A stretch of 63,782 nucleotides of DNA, filler included, from Intoshia linei (Eukaryota; Animalia; Orthonectida), in NCBI GenBank assembly GCA_001642005.1. It is 6 parts of 6 records of this genome, joined end to end, with 100 filler letters (N's around TTAATTAATTAA, not from the genome) between each part and the next. Parts side by side here need not be neighbours in the genome. Positions count along the whole stretch, not along the records: positions 1 to 16,969 come from LWCA01000830.1; 5 more parts are not named here. One strand, written 5' to 3'. Numbering within the stretch: position 1 is the stretch's first letter; every line of letters begins with the position of its first letter. The notes under the pieces were generated by a model that was not told where the DNA came from, made no database searches, and saw only the letters and a program-made list of their open reading frames with translations. Positions 1-13,643 of the stretch are shown piece after piece. A program made the position numbers and the translations under genes.

Positions 1-919
1 TTCAATAAAGTGGAACACACACACAAACAAAAATCGCGTAGCATATTATATAAGATAGGATGATCATTCATTTAAAAGTGAATCAACTTATATATTAGTT
101 TAGTTGTATTTAACTACAGAAATGACAGTTATTAATATTAATATTTAAATATTAATTAATCTTTTAACTACAAGATACATTTTTACAATTTTTTCAGGAA
201 TGTAAAAATTATAATTCATATTTGCATATTATCTTATTTTTAAGCAGAAATTTTTTTCAGTGTTGTTCAGTGTTATAATATAGTATATTTGTAATTATTT
301 AATTTATAATAAGTTTAAGATCATTAAAAAATGAAAATATGTGATAAATCAATATTTCACATAAATAGAAAAAAATATGTTGTACATTGTTGTATTTTTA
401 AAATATTAAAAATAATTGGGAACATTTGATACTATCAAAATTAACAATTAAAACGCGTCATCTTGCAATATAAAGGTAATGAAACAGAATATAGTATAAA
501 CCGTCAATAGTTATTTATGTAAAGGAAATTTTGTCATAATATTGTTGTTCGAATTGACTCAAAATTTGATAATTTAATTCAAAATATATTGAATGTAACT
601 GCGTAGGTAAATTATAATTTAAATAATTATTTATCAAGACAATCATAAATTTTTTCATAGTTAAAATTGCACCACATAAATCAATATGACAAGTAACTAC
701 TACAATAAAATATTTTTTATTTTGCATGCATAAAAATTGCGTTAACCAAGTTAAAAGCTACAATAATATAATATTAAATTAGTTAAAATGATTTGTGAGT
801 ATGTTTGCCTTTGAGAAACAAAAATTAATGCCATTTAAATTTAATAAAATAAAAAATAAATATTTGTCAAACTATGAAACTACTACAGTCTATAGCCAAT
901 TTAATAAACATTGAATTAC

Positions 920-1143
920 ATATAAACTTCTTTCCATTGACTGTAAATATTACAATAAAGACAAGCGATGCATCGATCATCTCCTGTTAGGTTTCCTTCT
1001 GATTCATTGATCGCATCTATTGTTGAACTCCAATTTAATGTGACAGAGTGGTGATCTATTTTGACGATTTCAGGTGACTGTGGTTTGCCTAATAATGATA
1101 ATTATAGATAACTTGATCGCAATTAAAAATTACTTGATATCAT
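920..1143 (-). CDS. FANK1: FANK1-like protein, 5' exons (FN3 domain); gene continues leftward, downstream exons not resolved
   Basis: ATG at 1143, a GT-AG intron, then exon 920-1088 give MISSKPQSPEIVKIDHHSVTLNWSS...QWKEVY. This resembles the FANK1 N-terminus ([20 protein letters not shown]). Ankyrin repeats were not seen in the window. Confidence 0.6.
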
Positions 1144-1459
1144 TATATACCAAAATAAAAATAAATCAATACAGCGTTGATAATAAAGTAATTAATATTT
1201 TAACTTGTACAGCTGTATTTGGAATTAAATATTTTTGAATTATCAAAAGTGTTCCAATTACGGAAGCAATTACTCTTCTCTCAACGCCAAACAATGAGAC
1301 GTAATTAGTTTACATATAATTTTGACAGAAAAAAGCCAGCATAAAAACAATTTTTGTTTATATAATAGCATATAGCACGTCAATATGTTTTTGTTTTGTT
1401 TTATTTTTTGCTTCAGTGCAATTTGAGTTCACGGAAGTATAAAATCAGTAGCATAACAT

Positions 1460-2865
1460 TTATTCATATAATTGGGCATTAAACTGATTTTTAATTGTAC
1501 ATTTCATGGGTAAGCAATATACTGGATGAACTTTTTTCATGTCATCCATGTTCATTAGAGATAGTCCTGTCAAAGAAAAACAAGTGTGGAATGGATCGCA
1601 CTATAATAAATGTATAAATTTTAATCTAAAAATAAAATAATTCACCATATCTCCAGGTCTATCACTAAATCCACCATTTTCGGGGTCTTGACACTGATAA
1701 ATAAATTTTTTTAGATGATTCTACAAATGAAAATATATTTACTGTCTATTTTTAAATGAACATTACCTGATCAATCCAATCAATTTTCCCAATTATTTTT
1801 AAAGAACTGAGAACCCACCATGAATAACATGTGTCTGGTTTCTTTTGAGGTCTTCCATTCAATCCGCCAGATGGTAATTGTCTATTGCACAACCAAAATC
1901 CCAATTTATTAGTGTCTATCTTGTCTAATCTTCTCATTAAAGATAATATACCGACACAGCAATAAACCTAAGCTATTATAAAACATATTGCATACCAAAA
2001 TCATATATACCTGTCCACAGTGCGATTCACTATCTAATCTACGCCCAAAGGATCCATCAAAATTTAAACATTCGATAACATTATTATACACTTTTTCTAT
2101 GTGCGGACATTCTCTCTTCTAAAAATAAATTGAATCTAAAAATGAACATTAACCAGCATATTTATAATCATTAACGCTGAAAAATCGTTTTTGTTATCCA
2201 TGTAATCATCTAAATTAAAATTATAATTAAAAAAAAAGTAAACCAAAGTCATCTCCACGAAAATACCCTTTTTGGCTCCATAAAGACAATACATACTGAT
2301 AAATTTTTTCTGGATTAATAAGGTCAACACTGTCCAGAATAACCATTATCTATTTTTTAACATTTATGATTCAATAAACATAACAGTAAAATTAAATTTT
2401 TCTTATATACATTCAGTTGTTTAACAATTAAAGATAAAAATTTGATTGAAATGTATATGCATTTTACAGTGACGTCTCTTGACACCGCCATAAATGTTTA
2501 AATGCCATTTTGGCAATATTGAGAGGTCTTACTACATTAAATATTAACAAATGCTGTATAACCTGAACTGCGCTCAAAGTAGAAGAAATACTGGAAACAT
2601 GAATATTTTCATCACTCGAGAATCCTCCATCTTCGTTTTGACATTGTTTCACAAATTTAATTATCATTTGGTTTTTTTCAGTCCACAGTAAACCCATAGT
2701 TTCTGCACACATTAGGCACCAATAAACTGCCGACATACGGAAATTGCACGTTTCCATTTTGAACTTGATTAAAAATAATTTTAGAATTAAAGTATAATAC
2801 AGGGTGGCATAACGTTTATCGTCATGGAAAAATAATACTTTTGTAAATCCATTAAACATGTACAT
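1460..2865 (-). CDS. RABGGTB: Rab geranylgeranyltransferase type II beta subunit, multi-exon (start codon uncertain)
   Basis: Spliced translation contains [23 protein letters not shown]...[29 protein letters not shown] and DPFH. The Zn-ligand Asp/Cys/His residues are present. Stop TAA at 1460-1462. Confidence 0.93.
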
Positions 2866-3329
2866 TTCATTGAAAATTTCAAGGACTCACAAATATTTTA
2901 AACACATCAACTGGTACATATGATCCACTTTGGTGACCACTAATATAAACCAATACATCATCGTTTCCTAACATTTCGTTATTGTGAACCTGTGAAAATG
3001 AAAGAATATTTTGACGGGCCTGAAAATGGGTAACTTATATTAAAGTATAACAGTGGTTCTCAACGGTTGACTAATCTCTATTTTTAAATTTTTTTACATC
3101 TTCTTACTTACATGTCAATTAATTGTATCATACATGTAAGGTAATTTAGCTAAAAATGATGTATGTGCATTAACCTGTGTACAAAAAAAAAACCTTTTTT
3201 GAGTAAACGAGATGTAACCCATGGAAAAAGTTGAGTAATTATTTGTATGTTACGAATATGGATTTGAAAATTTTTTAAATCAGAAAAGGCCACCCACTTT
3301 TGCTCTAAATGTCCTCCCAAAAAATTTCA

Positions 3330-3900
3330 ATTTTCGAAATTGAGTTCTTCAAGACCAAAAACCCAATTTTATTTTTTTAAAAATAAAATCAACCTTAAAA
3401 TTTAAAAAAGCATATAATATGGAACGCGTATGAAATCGTTACAATTGTGTAAATCTCAACTTCAGAAATTTCAAAACCACAAATGAATACTATTTTTTAA
3501 ACATGAAAAGTCCTAAATTTTTATAAAACATATTCTGTGATATTTTTTCAAACTCATAATCATTATCATAAATATTAATCCCAAAAAATTTCCATTTTTG
3601 ACAATAGATCCATGGATAAATCTGTTTTTTACCATTTATATAAGAAAGTAAGAGGCGTAGAATTTTAAAAATATCAAATTCTAATACAGTTTTTTGGTAA
3701 TTAGATTTTATCGCAAATTTTATTTTCAGAAATTGAATCCTTCAAGGTCAAAAACCCAATTATCCTATTTTTAAATATCAAACGAGTCCTATAATTTCAA
3801 AAATATACAATCTGATACAAATTTTAAAATGATCAATATTAGCTTTTTTTGATAAATTCCATAAATTTAATTTTTTTTGAAAATATTATTTTTAACAATT
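3330..3900 (+). repeat. Copy of a dispersed tandemly repeated element (same family as 34190-34560 and 48300-49430)
   Basis: Shares blocks such as 'atcgcaaattttattttcagaaattgaa', 'aaacccaatt' and 'gaaaagtcctaaattt' with the other loci. Confidence 0.6.
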
Positions 3901-4731
3901 ATAATTATTAAAATTTATAATAATCTTATTTTTTTAAATTTTGCATAGTAATTTCGTTTTAGTGGTCCGCGAGAAATTTTATAGTATATTATCTGTCCGC
4001 GGTGAAGAAAATGTGGGATCCCCTGCCATAATATTTTAAATTTTAGAGTTTATCATAACAAAATAATTATTTTGTTGTGATAAAATTATTGCAAGAAAAT
4101 CAACAAATAAAAATTCATCAAATACCTAAAGGAACCAGCAGGTAAAATTTAAATACCTTTAAGTTTATTGAGTCGATATTTTCTATGAATTCAACATGTT
4201 TTTTCAAATATAGATGATTTATCAACGTATCTCCATATTTTACGTCAATATCTTTCTAAAAAAATATATTTTGTAGAAGTGTAAAAATTACAACATCCAT
4301 TAATTTAAACTTTAAGCTTACAAAATAAAGAGTTATTTAAATTTACATTGATTGTATTTTTAACATGAAAATTTTCATGAATAATTATTAGTATTAATGT
4401 ATAAAACCCTTTTTATTAGGCTAATATTTATATAGGAGTTGGTGCAAGAAGTAATTAAATTAACAAATGTAAATACAAACCTTGAAAATTACGAAAATTG
4501 TAACAAAAATTGTTGCATCTGATAAATAAAAAACGATTCCATTACTGCATAAAATTTTTTTTATCGTCGTCCACGACTTGTCTGCTCACTTTAGACAAGC
4601 GTGATATAAGTCATTCGTTGGAATTATTTAATTTTATTTTTTTTTGTTTCGTTTGATTTATCTTAAATTATTTTCCATGAAATCAAAAAAATTTAATATT
4701 TTTAAAACTAAAAAATAAATTTATTATAATA

Positions 4732-5443
4732 CACTAATTGACTAATAAAAATTGACTAAAAGCGCAAAATCTCGAAATTTAAATTATATAATAACAATAA
4801 TAATATATATTTACAAAAAATATATATCTTACAGTATAAAAATTCATTAGTACCCACGAAAATACAACATTAATTTCATAAATTTGTGCATGGAAGACTA
4901 CCGTTTCCAATTAAGACGATGACCCGAAATATACGTCCAGGCTTGCAAAGTCATTTTTTGACAGAGAATCTATAGAAGCTATTGATTGGCCTTCGCAAAG
5001 TCCAGATATGAACCCGATTGAACATCTATGGGCTCATATTAAGGTCAAATTGATAAATAAATGCGTTAAAAACAAGACGGAATTGAAACCAGCTGTTCTG
5101 GATGTGTGGAGGAATAAAGACGTGAAATTTTGCCAGAAGCTTGTCGATAGCATTCCAAGACGTGATATGGAACTCTACCGTGCAGAAGGTGGTCATACGT
5201 CATATTAAAAACGTTTTTAAATGAATATTATATAAATGTGCAATACTTTTTCCATGTGTTAAAAGTCTATGAAATTAATATTGTATTTTAGTGGCTACTA
5301 ATGAATTTTTTTACTACAAGATGTATTTTATTGTAAATAAATATTACTATGGTTATTATATAATTTAAATTTTGAGATTTTGCGCTTGTAGTCCATTTTT
5401 ATTAAACAATGTGCAAATTATGCAATACTTTTTTCCAATAGTG
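4732..5443 (+). mobile_element. Internally deleted Tc1-family transposon with long (~150-190 bp) TIRs
   Basis: TA-CACTA...TAGTG-TA ends. 4732-4885 is the reverse complement of ~5265-5443. The interior encodes only the DDE C-terminus (WPSQSPDMNPIEHLW...GGHTSY, ORF 5008-5208). Confidence 0.9.
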
Positions 5444-7802
5444 TATATGTACCTGATTTTTGTCCGTTAGACAAGCCGCCCGAATATGACAAGCTTTTAT
5501 AGATACAAATTTATATGAATCCAGTTGATACATTTCTGCTTTTGGGTGACTATACATTTTCTAAAAGACGATAAATAATTTAAAATTGAAAATGACTTTT
5601 TTCATCTAATAAAATGGGGAATTTAAGAGGGAAAGAAAGTAAATTGTTTAACTAATTGATCAAACAGGTAAATTATTATATTTGTTATTACCAAAAACAT
5701 TCTTTTCGCGTAAAAATATTTTAGTTAGTGGAAAAGTACGGTATAATTAATAAAATAATCATACAAAACACCCATCAATTGCAGTATACGGTTTGTTATC
5801 ATCTTACTTCCATTGAATCAATTTTCCTTTTTACGTTAAAATAAGTAATTCCGAATAAAGAGCAGCGATAGATACGAATTTATCATTAATTACCAAATTT
5901 GGATCACTCTAAAATTATATAAACGTGTAATGTACATATTAAAATTTACATCGTTGAAATAAATATAATTAATATTTTTATCAAAGGTGACATTTTCGCT
6001 CACTACTGGTTCTTTGAAATGAATTAACGAGTTCTTATCTTTTCTATTAATAAAAACTGTATTATTAAAATTTTCGTTTTCTAAATTTCAAATTATTTAG
6101 ACAAAATTCTAATTTTACGAGGACTTTTAACATTTAATATCCGATATTGATATTTGATTATACAGATCAATTAATTTACAAATTCAAGGTTTCAAAAACA
6201 AAAAGATCCAAGATGAAAACAATGAATTCATTGAACATTGACGATATTCGATTTATAAAAAATTATCGGTCTAAACTTAATATTACTAAAAATATAATAA
6301 AAGGTAGACTTTTGGATGTATAATATACATATACACTTTTATTTTTCAAAAATACAAAAATTTCTAAAGAAATGGCACAGGCTAAATTCTAAAATACTTT
6401 AAATTTTGTGGGAATGGTGGATACATCCGTATACTGCCAGTAACCAATTCTTGGGAAGAATCGATAACTGCTATAAGTGCCAATTAGTGGATTTAACATG
6501 AAAATTGATGTAGGTTTTTGTATTTAATGTTTAAAATGGTATTTTATTGCTATTATACCTTTAAACGTTGATGTAACGAGATATATTGACCTCATCACTC
6601 GAATCAGAACAGTATCAGTTAGAAAATTACATGTATATAAAATAGAAAAATCTATACTTAAATGTTTAAAAAATATTGAACAGTATTATTTTAAATAACC
6701 AATATTGAATAAGAGTTAAAATATCATAATTAAAGTTTTAAAATAAGAAAAATGATAGGTTTTTATTAACAATAAAAATAACATTCTATTTTTTAGACAT
6801 TGTAATTTGCAATGCCAGTTTTAGTTTGGATAATGTGTAATATTCAATACATAAATGTATAATTGTGCATCGATAACGGTTTCATTATAAAATTATAAGC
6901 TGGAAATTTTATACCGAAGCTTAATTATAATTATAGGATTAATTAATTTTTCCATGGAAACATAATTAAAAAGTTGTCTACCATCTGTCGAAATATTGAC
7001 AAATTGTTGTTCTTTTAACGGTATAACACAACATTGAAACAAGTCAAATATTTAATAGAAATTTAATTGTATGAATTTCAATGTTTAATAATTATTTCCG
7101 TTTTTAATAGATATGTACCTTCTCCAATTAAACAAAGTCTTAAAAACAGTAGGTTTCAATCTAGGTTGGTGGTTCCATCGAACTTTAGTAAAAATAGATG
7201 TTTAACTTAAAATCATGTAAATTTTTCGGAATTCTGGAAAAAGTGATCACCTTTGTTCTTTTAACTTAAATGATTTTCAGCTACAATGAATAAAAATAGA
7301 TTTAATGTCATTTAAATACAGTCAATTTTGTTCCATATGAATACGAAGGGACCAGGTTTTGATCATGTTCATACTATACTGTAATATAAACGTATATGAA
7401 TGGCGATAATAATATAATTAAAAGTTTCGAAATGTCCAATTAATGTTTATTCAAACAAAATTGTCGTGTTCATATTGAGCTGAGTTCATATTCTAGGATG
7501 TTCATATAGAACAGAATTGACTGTAATGTACTAAAATTTGTAAATCATTTTTGAATCAATCCCTGAACAGCTCTTTTTACTTTTTTCAAAAAGTTTGACA
7601 CTATTGATATAGAATAATTCCTTGCATTAAATATGTCATATTACACTTGTTACGATTAAAAATTTGCAGAATTAGGATAAAAATTTTAATTATTTTAAAT
7701 TGGTATCCATGAGGAGTTGAAATAAATTAGAAATATATATTTGTAGCTGTGTCAGCAGAATAAACATAAATTAATATTTTCAAATCATTTAAAAATTTTA
7801 AG

Positions 7803-10800
7803 ATGAATGAGAGGTTAAATTCGAGAGATTCAACTACACCTGATAAATGTTTGCTTATTCAGCAATTTAAGGTTAGTATATAGAAAATAAAAGGTTTAAT
7901 TTGGATATAGGAAGTTACTGGGAATGCAGATGAAGCATATGTATCATTTCAATTAGAAAAATGCAACTGGGATATATCTGTAAAATATATAATTTATAAC
8001 ATTAAGTTATCTGTAATTTTAGAATGCCATCAACAAACACTACATTGAATCTCTAAATTATGATAATACAAATAGCTTGATGGAAGATATGTATTCGTGA
8101 TTGAAATATATATTATATAGTTAATTTAGGGGAAATTTGGATGAATCTGAAAGTACGATAAAAAGCGAAGATGACAACATGAACAATGAACAATCTACTG
8201 ACGATGAAGATAAAGCAATCACTGACCATAATAACTTTTTTATGAATTTACTACTTATTCCTCTGGAAATTTTGAAATCAGTGGCCAGTACAGCGTTTAA
8301 TATAAGTTTAAGGATTAAAATTCACATTAAATACTGATTTAGTTGTAAAAATATTGGGACTGAATATTAACCAAGTTGGAGTGAGATTAACAGATTCTGC
8401 AATTTGTAGTCAGCATCGTTGTGATTTTAACCATCAAAAATCATATTGCTCCAATTTTAGTGAATATTTAAATGAACGAATTTATTCTAATCATCAACCA
8501 AAAATGGCGTTCTCTGAAAAAAATTTATACGAGGTAAATATGAACTTTGCATTACTTATTGATTAGGTTTTGGACGAAGTTACAGATACTGGAAAAGTTT
8601 TGTTGGCCTTTTTTCACAATGAAAAATGCTCAGGTTGCGTGAAATATTTAAGGTAATATTTATTATTTCATTTTTTGGTTACTTTTGTATCTTTTTTTTA
8701 AGTCGGAATACATTCTGCATTTTCTTAGCAGTTTCCTGGACTTTTTCGTCGTCTAAATCAATGTCTATCTCTTTACCATCATCATCTTTAGGTTTAACTA
8801 CTATTTTAATAATTATCTGTAAATAATAAACTACCTTTTTCTTTTTTATCCATGTCTTATTCTAATTTTTGTTTAACTGAATAACTTATATACTCTAATG
8901 TTTCACGACCTTATTTGTATGTACATTGTACAATTTATTTTATTGATTTATTTTAAAAATATTCCTATTATTTCGTTAATGTTGTTAATTATATTATATG
9001 CTTGAGAAATTTGTTTTTTATTATACATGTAATGTACAATGACAATCTCAATTGCTAATTGTTTGGTCATTTTACTTGTACAATTCCATGAATAAATTTA
9101 CATTTTATTCAGTGTAACTTCAAATCGATTAGTCTGAATTAGATTTATAATATAACCATTAAATTAATTAAACATTACAACTTCATTATATGGATATATT
9201 CATTTTTTAAACTATATTGATTTATTTTTATTTAGAGAAATTGTCACTAGTTCCATTTTGATTGAAAAATTTAGCAATTTTATTGTTTGGGGTTGTAGCT
9301 TTGATGATACTTTAGATGAGCATCAATTTGGTATAGATTTTAATAACAATATTTTATATATATAGCTTCTCAAACTTTTAAAATTGTAAAAATTCCAACA
9401 ATAATTATCTTAGCTCACGTCGAAAGTGCCAATAAAATAATAGGAAAAATTAGAGGAATATCAAGTTATACATTTTTCAATTTAATTTTAATAATTTTGG
9501 TTAATTAATGTAATTAGATTAATTGTATTTGTATTTAGATGTTGATGATGTTAACCATCGCATTGAAATCATTTCGTCTCGGTTTAAAAGTCTAATAAGT
9601 ATTTATAGGCAAACCAGGTATTTATATTTGTGTTAATTAAAAAAAACTTTAGATTAACAATAAAATATAATCGAGAATTACGTGAAATGCAGGACGCTAA
9701 ATACGCCGAATCACTTAGAATTGATCAAGAAAAGGTATGCATTTTTTATAAACCGACTATTAAGAAAGTACACTTTGGTTTACTGTATGTATTTTAAAAA
9801 TAATAATACCATGGTAGGTATTATTAATTTTCAAATTTAATAACTACAGTTTCTAATTTTAAATTAGGATTTCTCGTGCCAAGATTTCAGTTTTACCAAC
9901 CATAAAAGGAAAAATATTTTTAAACTAAATTATGCCATGTAAAATTTAATTTATATGACATAAACCCTTTTTTACAATCCAAAATAACTGAGTTTAAAAT
10001 TGTGTTTGTCGTGATATTTACAAATCGATATAGATGAAGGAAGATCATTCCCTTTAAAAACATTTAAATAAGGTGCGTTACTAATTTATCAAACATAGTA
10101 TATTCTGTTGAACCCTAATTTATATTTTAAATTTAATTAAAGTAAAAAGGTTGAAATTGCATTTTAGTTGTAGTGAAATATTTTTCAATGCATTTTTAAT
10201 TAGATATATTGTAATTAGATCATATTTTGTGATTGTAAGTATATACCAATAATTGAACTTAAAATATATATTGTTTAATCAAATCTGGTATTGAGTGACG
10301 TATTCAGTTTAACATAATGACGTTAAATTTTTATCTAACATTTCATTTTTATTTAGTTATTTTAAGTAGACTGATAATCAAATATATTACATGCATAATT
10401 ATGCATATATTATAATAATTAAGTTAACATTAAATAAAAGTGATCATAATGGCTATATTGATTGATAAAATAAAAACTTTTTAAATAAATTTTTTTAATT
10501 TATTATACCCTTCAGTTTTTATTATTAAGATACTTTAAATCAACTTATTTATTGATATTTTAAGTAAAGTTGGTGAAACTTAATCTTTACATTACTCTAT
10601 TTAATTATTTGTTGACTTTATAATAATTATTTTAAATTTTTCTTAAGTTGCAAATATGTATGTGTATTTTACCCGTTTATAAGATTTTTATATCCATCTT
10701 TTATGGTCAATATTTTTTACTCTAGTAATATTTTCCACTTATAAGTTTCAAGTTCTAGAATAAAATTTGGTAAATACCTCTTGCCTCCTTAAAATTAATA

Positions 10801-11276
10801 TTAATTTTTTAGTTGAAGAAATCCCAAATTTTGAAAGATGAACAACTCAAAGCAGAGGAACAAAAAAACCAAATCATGCTTGATAAAATCAAACTAGAAG
10901 AACAATATAAACAGTGTAGAAATAAAATCAAAAATGAATTTAAATTATCTGAATTTTTCCCAGGTTCTATCATGATTTATGTAAGATTGCCTAATGGAAA
11001 AAAAATTAAAAATTATTTCGAAAAAAATGCCTCTATTACGGTATTTTATTTATATACTGCTTTAATATTTTATTTTAGGAATTGTATAATTTTGTCATTT
11101 CAAATGATCAGTGCCCCAAATTTTTTAATTTATTTATACATAATCCTAAAAGGATTATAAATTTTCCAGTTGATTTGTACATGACTCAACATAAACTTTC
11201 TACTTTTTCAGACAGCCAAATTTCTGAAACTGTGACTATGTATTTGAACGAGGTATATGAAGAAGAAACTGATTGA
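7803..11276 (+). CDS. FAF2: FAS-associated factor 2 / UBXD8-like (UBA-like, UAS, coiled coil, UBX)
   Basis: N-terminal LLIQQFKEVTGNADEAYVSFQLEKCNWDIS (UBA-like), then RELREMQDAKYAESLRIDQEK, then UBX motif IYVRLPNGKKI...F. Short GT-AG introns throughout. Confidence 0.85.
8679..8853 (-). CDS. PEP-19/PCP4-like acidic-IQ calmodulin-binding microprotein (46 aa), nested antisense in a FAF2 intron
   Basis: Exon 8835-8853, a 34-nt GT-AG intron (8801-8834) and exon 8679-8800 join in frame (141 nt). Product: MDKKEKVVKPKDDDGKEIDIDLDDEKVQETAKKMQNVFRLKKKIQK*. Confidence 0.75.
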
Positions 11277-11329
11277 TTGTTATTAAAATTGTACATAAAT
11301 GTTTCATTGTTTATTTAATAAATTTTAAT

Positions 11330-12987
11330 TTATTCAACTGGCACAATTCCACTTTTAATTGTGTTTTTATTCCAAGTGTGCAATACTTGAGTAGAAAGGG
11401 GATATTCAGTCTAAATTACCTTACAGATTTAATATTGATTATTAATACCTCTGTGTTATCCGCGTGTACTTTCACGATGATTACGTTGCACGAAGTACTG
11501 ATTAATACAGGAAACTCTTCGGTGCTAGATTTGTGTTAATTGATTAAAAGAGCAATTACCTGTCATATACGTGAAGATGAATTTCATCTGAACTGCTAAT
11601 ATTGACGGAACCGACTCTGTTGGTAATCTAAAGTCAACAATGATAAATTTAAATTATCAATTTACATGAAAATGGGCTCGCTTGCATTTTACTATATCCA
11701 GGGTCGATATGATTGTATCAACGTGTACGTGACATTTGTTGCAATTCTCTAAAAATGTATAATATAAATATAATGGACTCTTGATACCTATCAATGTATA
11801 ATTATGTTTATTCTTTATTTTAATGACCGTTTCAGTGTTGGATATCAGCATACAAGTTTCCGATTTATCTTTTATATCTACTTCTACCGTGTCTTTAACA
11901 AAGTTTTCCTATGTATGATAGGTCAAATTTTATTTATAATAGAAAATTAATTTAAAAATACAATTGTCCATTTCTTTCCGGCATACTGTTTTATTGGTTT
12001 TTTAATTTGAGCTTTAGTGGCAGTTGTAGTAACTTTTGAACCGCTCGTTTTAAGAGTTGGAATAATTTTATCCCCCTTTTTTACATGCTTTAAACCTTCA
12101 AAACTATTACACATAAACTGGAATATAAACCTTTTGTAATATTCAATCCAGAGTTCAGGTCGTTGAATAAACTTGTTAAACCTCCACCAGTCGTCGTAGT
12201 TGTAGTAGTTTTAGGTGCGGCGTCCTCTGTAACTTGAGTTCCATCGTATACTGTCCCCTAAAATATTATTATAAGATACAAGATTTAATACCTTTGGATT
12301 CCATACTAAACCAGTTGTGTGAATTTTTTTGACATATAGAGCCATATTTTTTAAAAAATCGATCCATAGTTGAGTCCAAATGATAGAATCTGTATCATTT
12401 TTCTTCTTAGAATCGACTAGAATACGATTTGTATAATATTGAGCGGCATCGCACATTCCATTAATATGAGGTCCAGGAGTTGGTGTCTAAAATACACAGT
12501 TAATAATTCTACCGTTTCAACAAAATTACCACTTGAACCCATGCAAATGCAGGTATAGATTCTAAAATGTATTTAAAATAAATTGAAATTAAAATGATAC
12601 CAGAAATTGCAGCAAAATAATTTTCGGATACATTTTTCCTGTTATCATTTCTAAAAGCTTGTGTATCGCCAATCTGTTGTGCCAAGGGTTTCAAAATTTC
12701 AGCAAATTGAATCTAATGTGTATGTAAGATAAAATATTAAATAGTAAAATTATACCTCAGTTGGTTTCTTTATTTTTTCTGCTAATGATATAACCTTTCT
12801 AATCTCATTGACTACCTTACTAACAATGTTTACCTAGAATTTTTATTGAGAATTACATCATATTCTTCTAAATCTACAAATTTTAATATACCTGTTCGAT
12901 AATTTTTGGATCTAATGTTTGTGATATTTTAACAAAAGCGTTAAAATCTTCTTCAATCAATGTATCAAATTCAGACAAGGAATTCAT
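11330..12987 (-). CDS. CAP: Adenylyl cyclase-associated protein (CAP/Srv2 family)
   Basis: HFD motifs ESIPAFAWV, PGPHI, DAAQYYTNRIL and HTTGLVWN; WH2 SLFNDLNSGLNITKGLKHV; CARP domain ending TEYPLSTQVLHTWNKNTIKSGIVPVE*. Confidence 0.92.
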
Positions 12988-13643
12988 TTTGATAAACGTA
13001 TCGATAACTGTTTAACAAATCAATATTTAAACAATGTGAATAAATAATATTTATCTCATCATACTCTGTATATAACAATGCTCAACTTTATTTAGTTATT
13101 TTGATTCCTTTGTTTGATTTATTGTGATGTATGTTAATTTTAACAAGTGCTGTATTTTCTTTTTTAAAGTGATTGCAACAATATAAAACTCCTTACTTAG
13201 TTTCAATGATTGAATGAAATATGATATGACCCATATAATAAACTTGGAGCAGTTTTACTATTATTGTAAAACTAGACAAGATTAAATTTAATTTAATATT
13301 CCGCTATTATTTCTAGAGTTAACTAAAGTCACTGACCACTTAATTCATATAGAAATCCAAAGGTAGAAATGTATTTTAATGTTATTCTTTACGAAATTAT
13401 TTTATTTCACAATTTTTTTGACGTTACTTAAGCTTAAAACTTATAGGTGTAGTGTAAGTTCTACCGATATAGAGTTAAATTACATTACATCATTTATCTC
13501 AATAAGATACATTATTTGGCATTCAAAATGATATTTTAAATATTCTTAAATTTACATTTTTTCGTAAATACTTAAGTAGAAATCAATTAAACAATTAATT
13601 TATATTTAAATCACCATTATTTGAATGATTAATGTTATGTTTA

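Noticed and set aside
8626-8826. + strand 66-aa hydrophobic ORF
   Set aside because: It reads through a FAF2 splice donor and is the antisense shadow of the Lys/Asp-rich microprotein.
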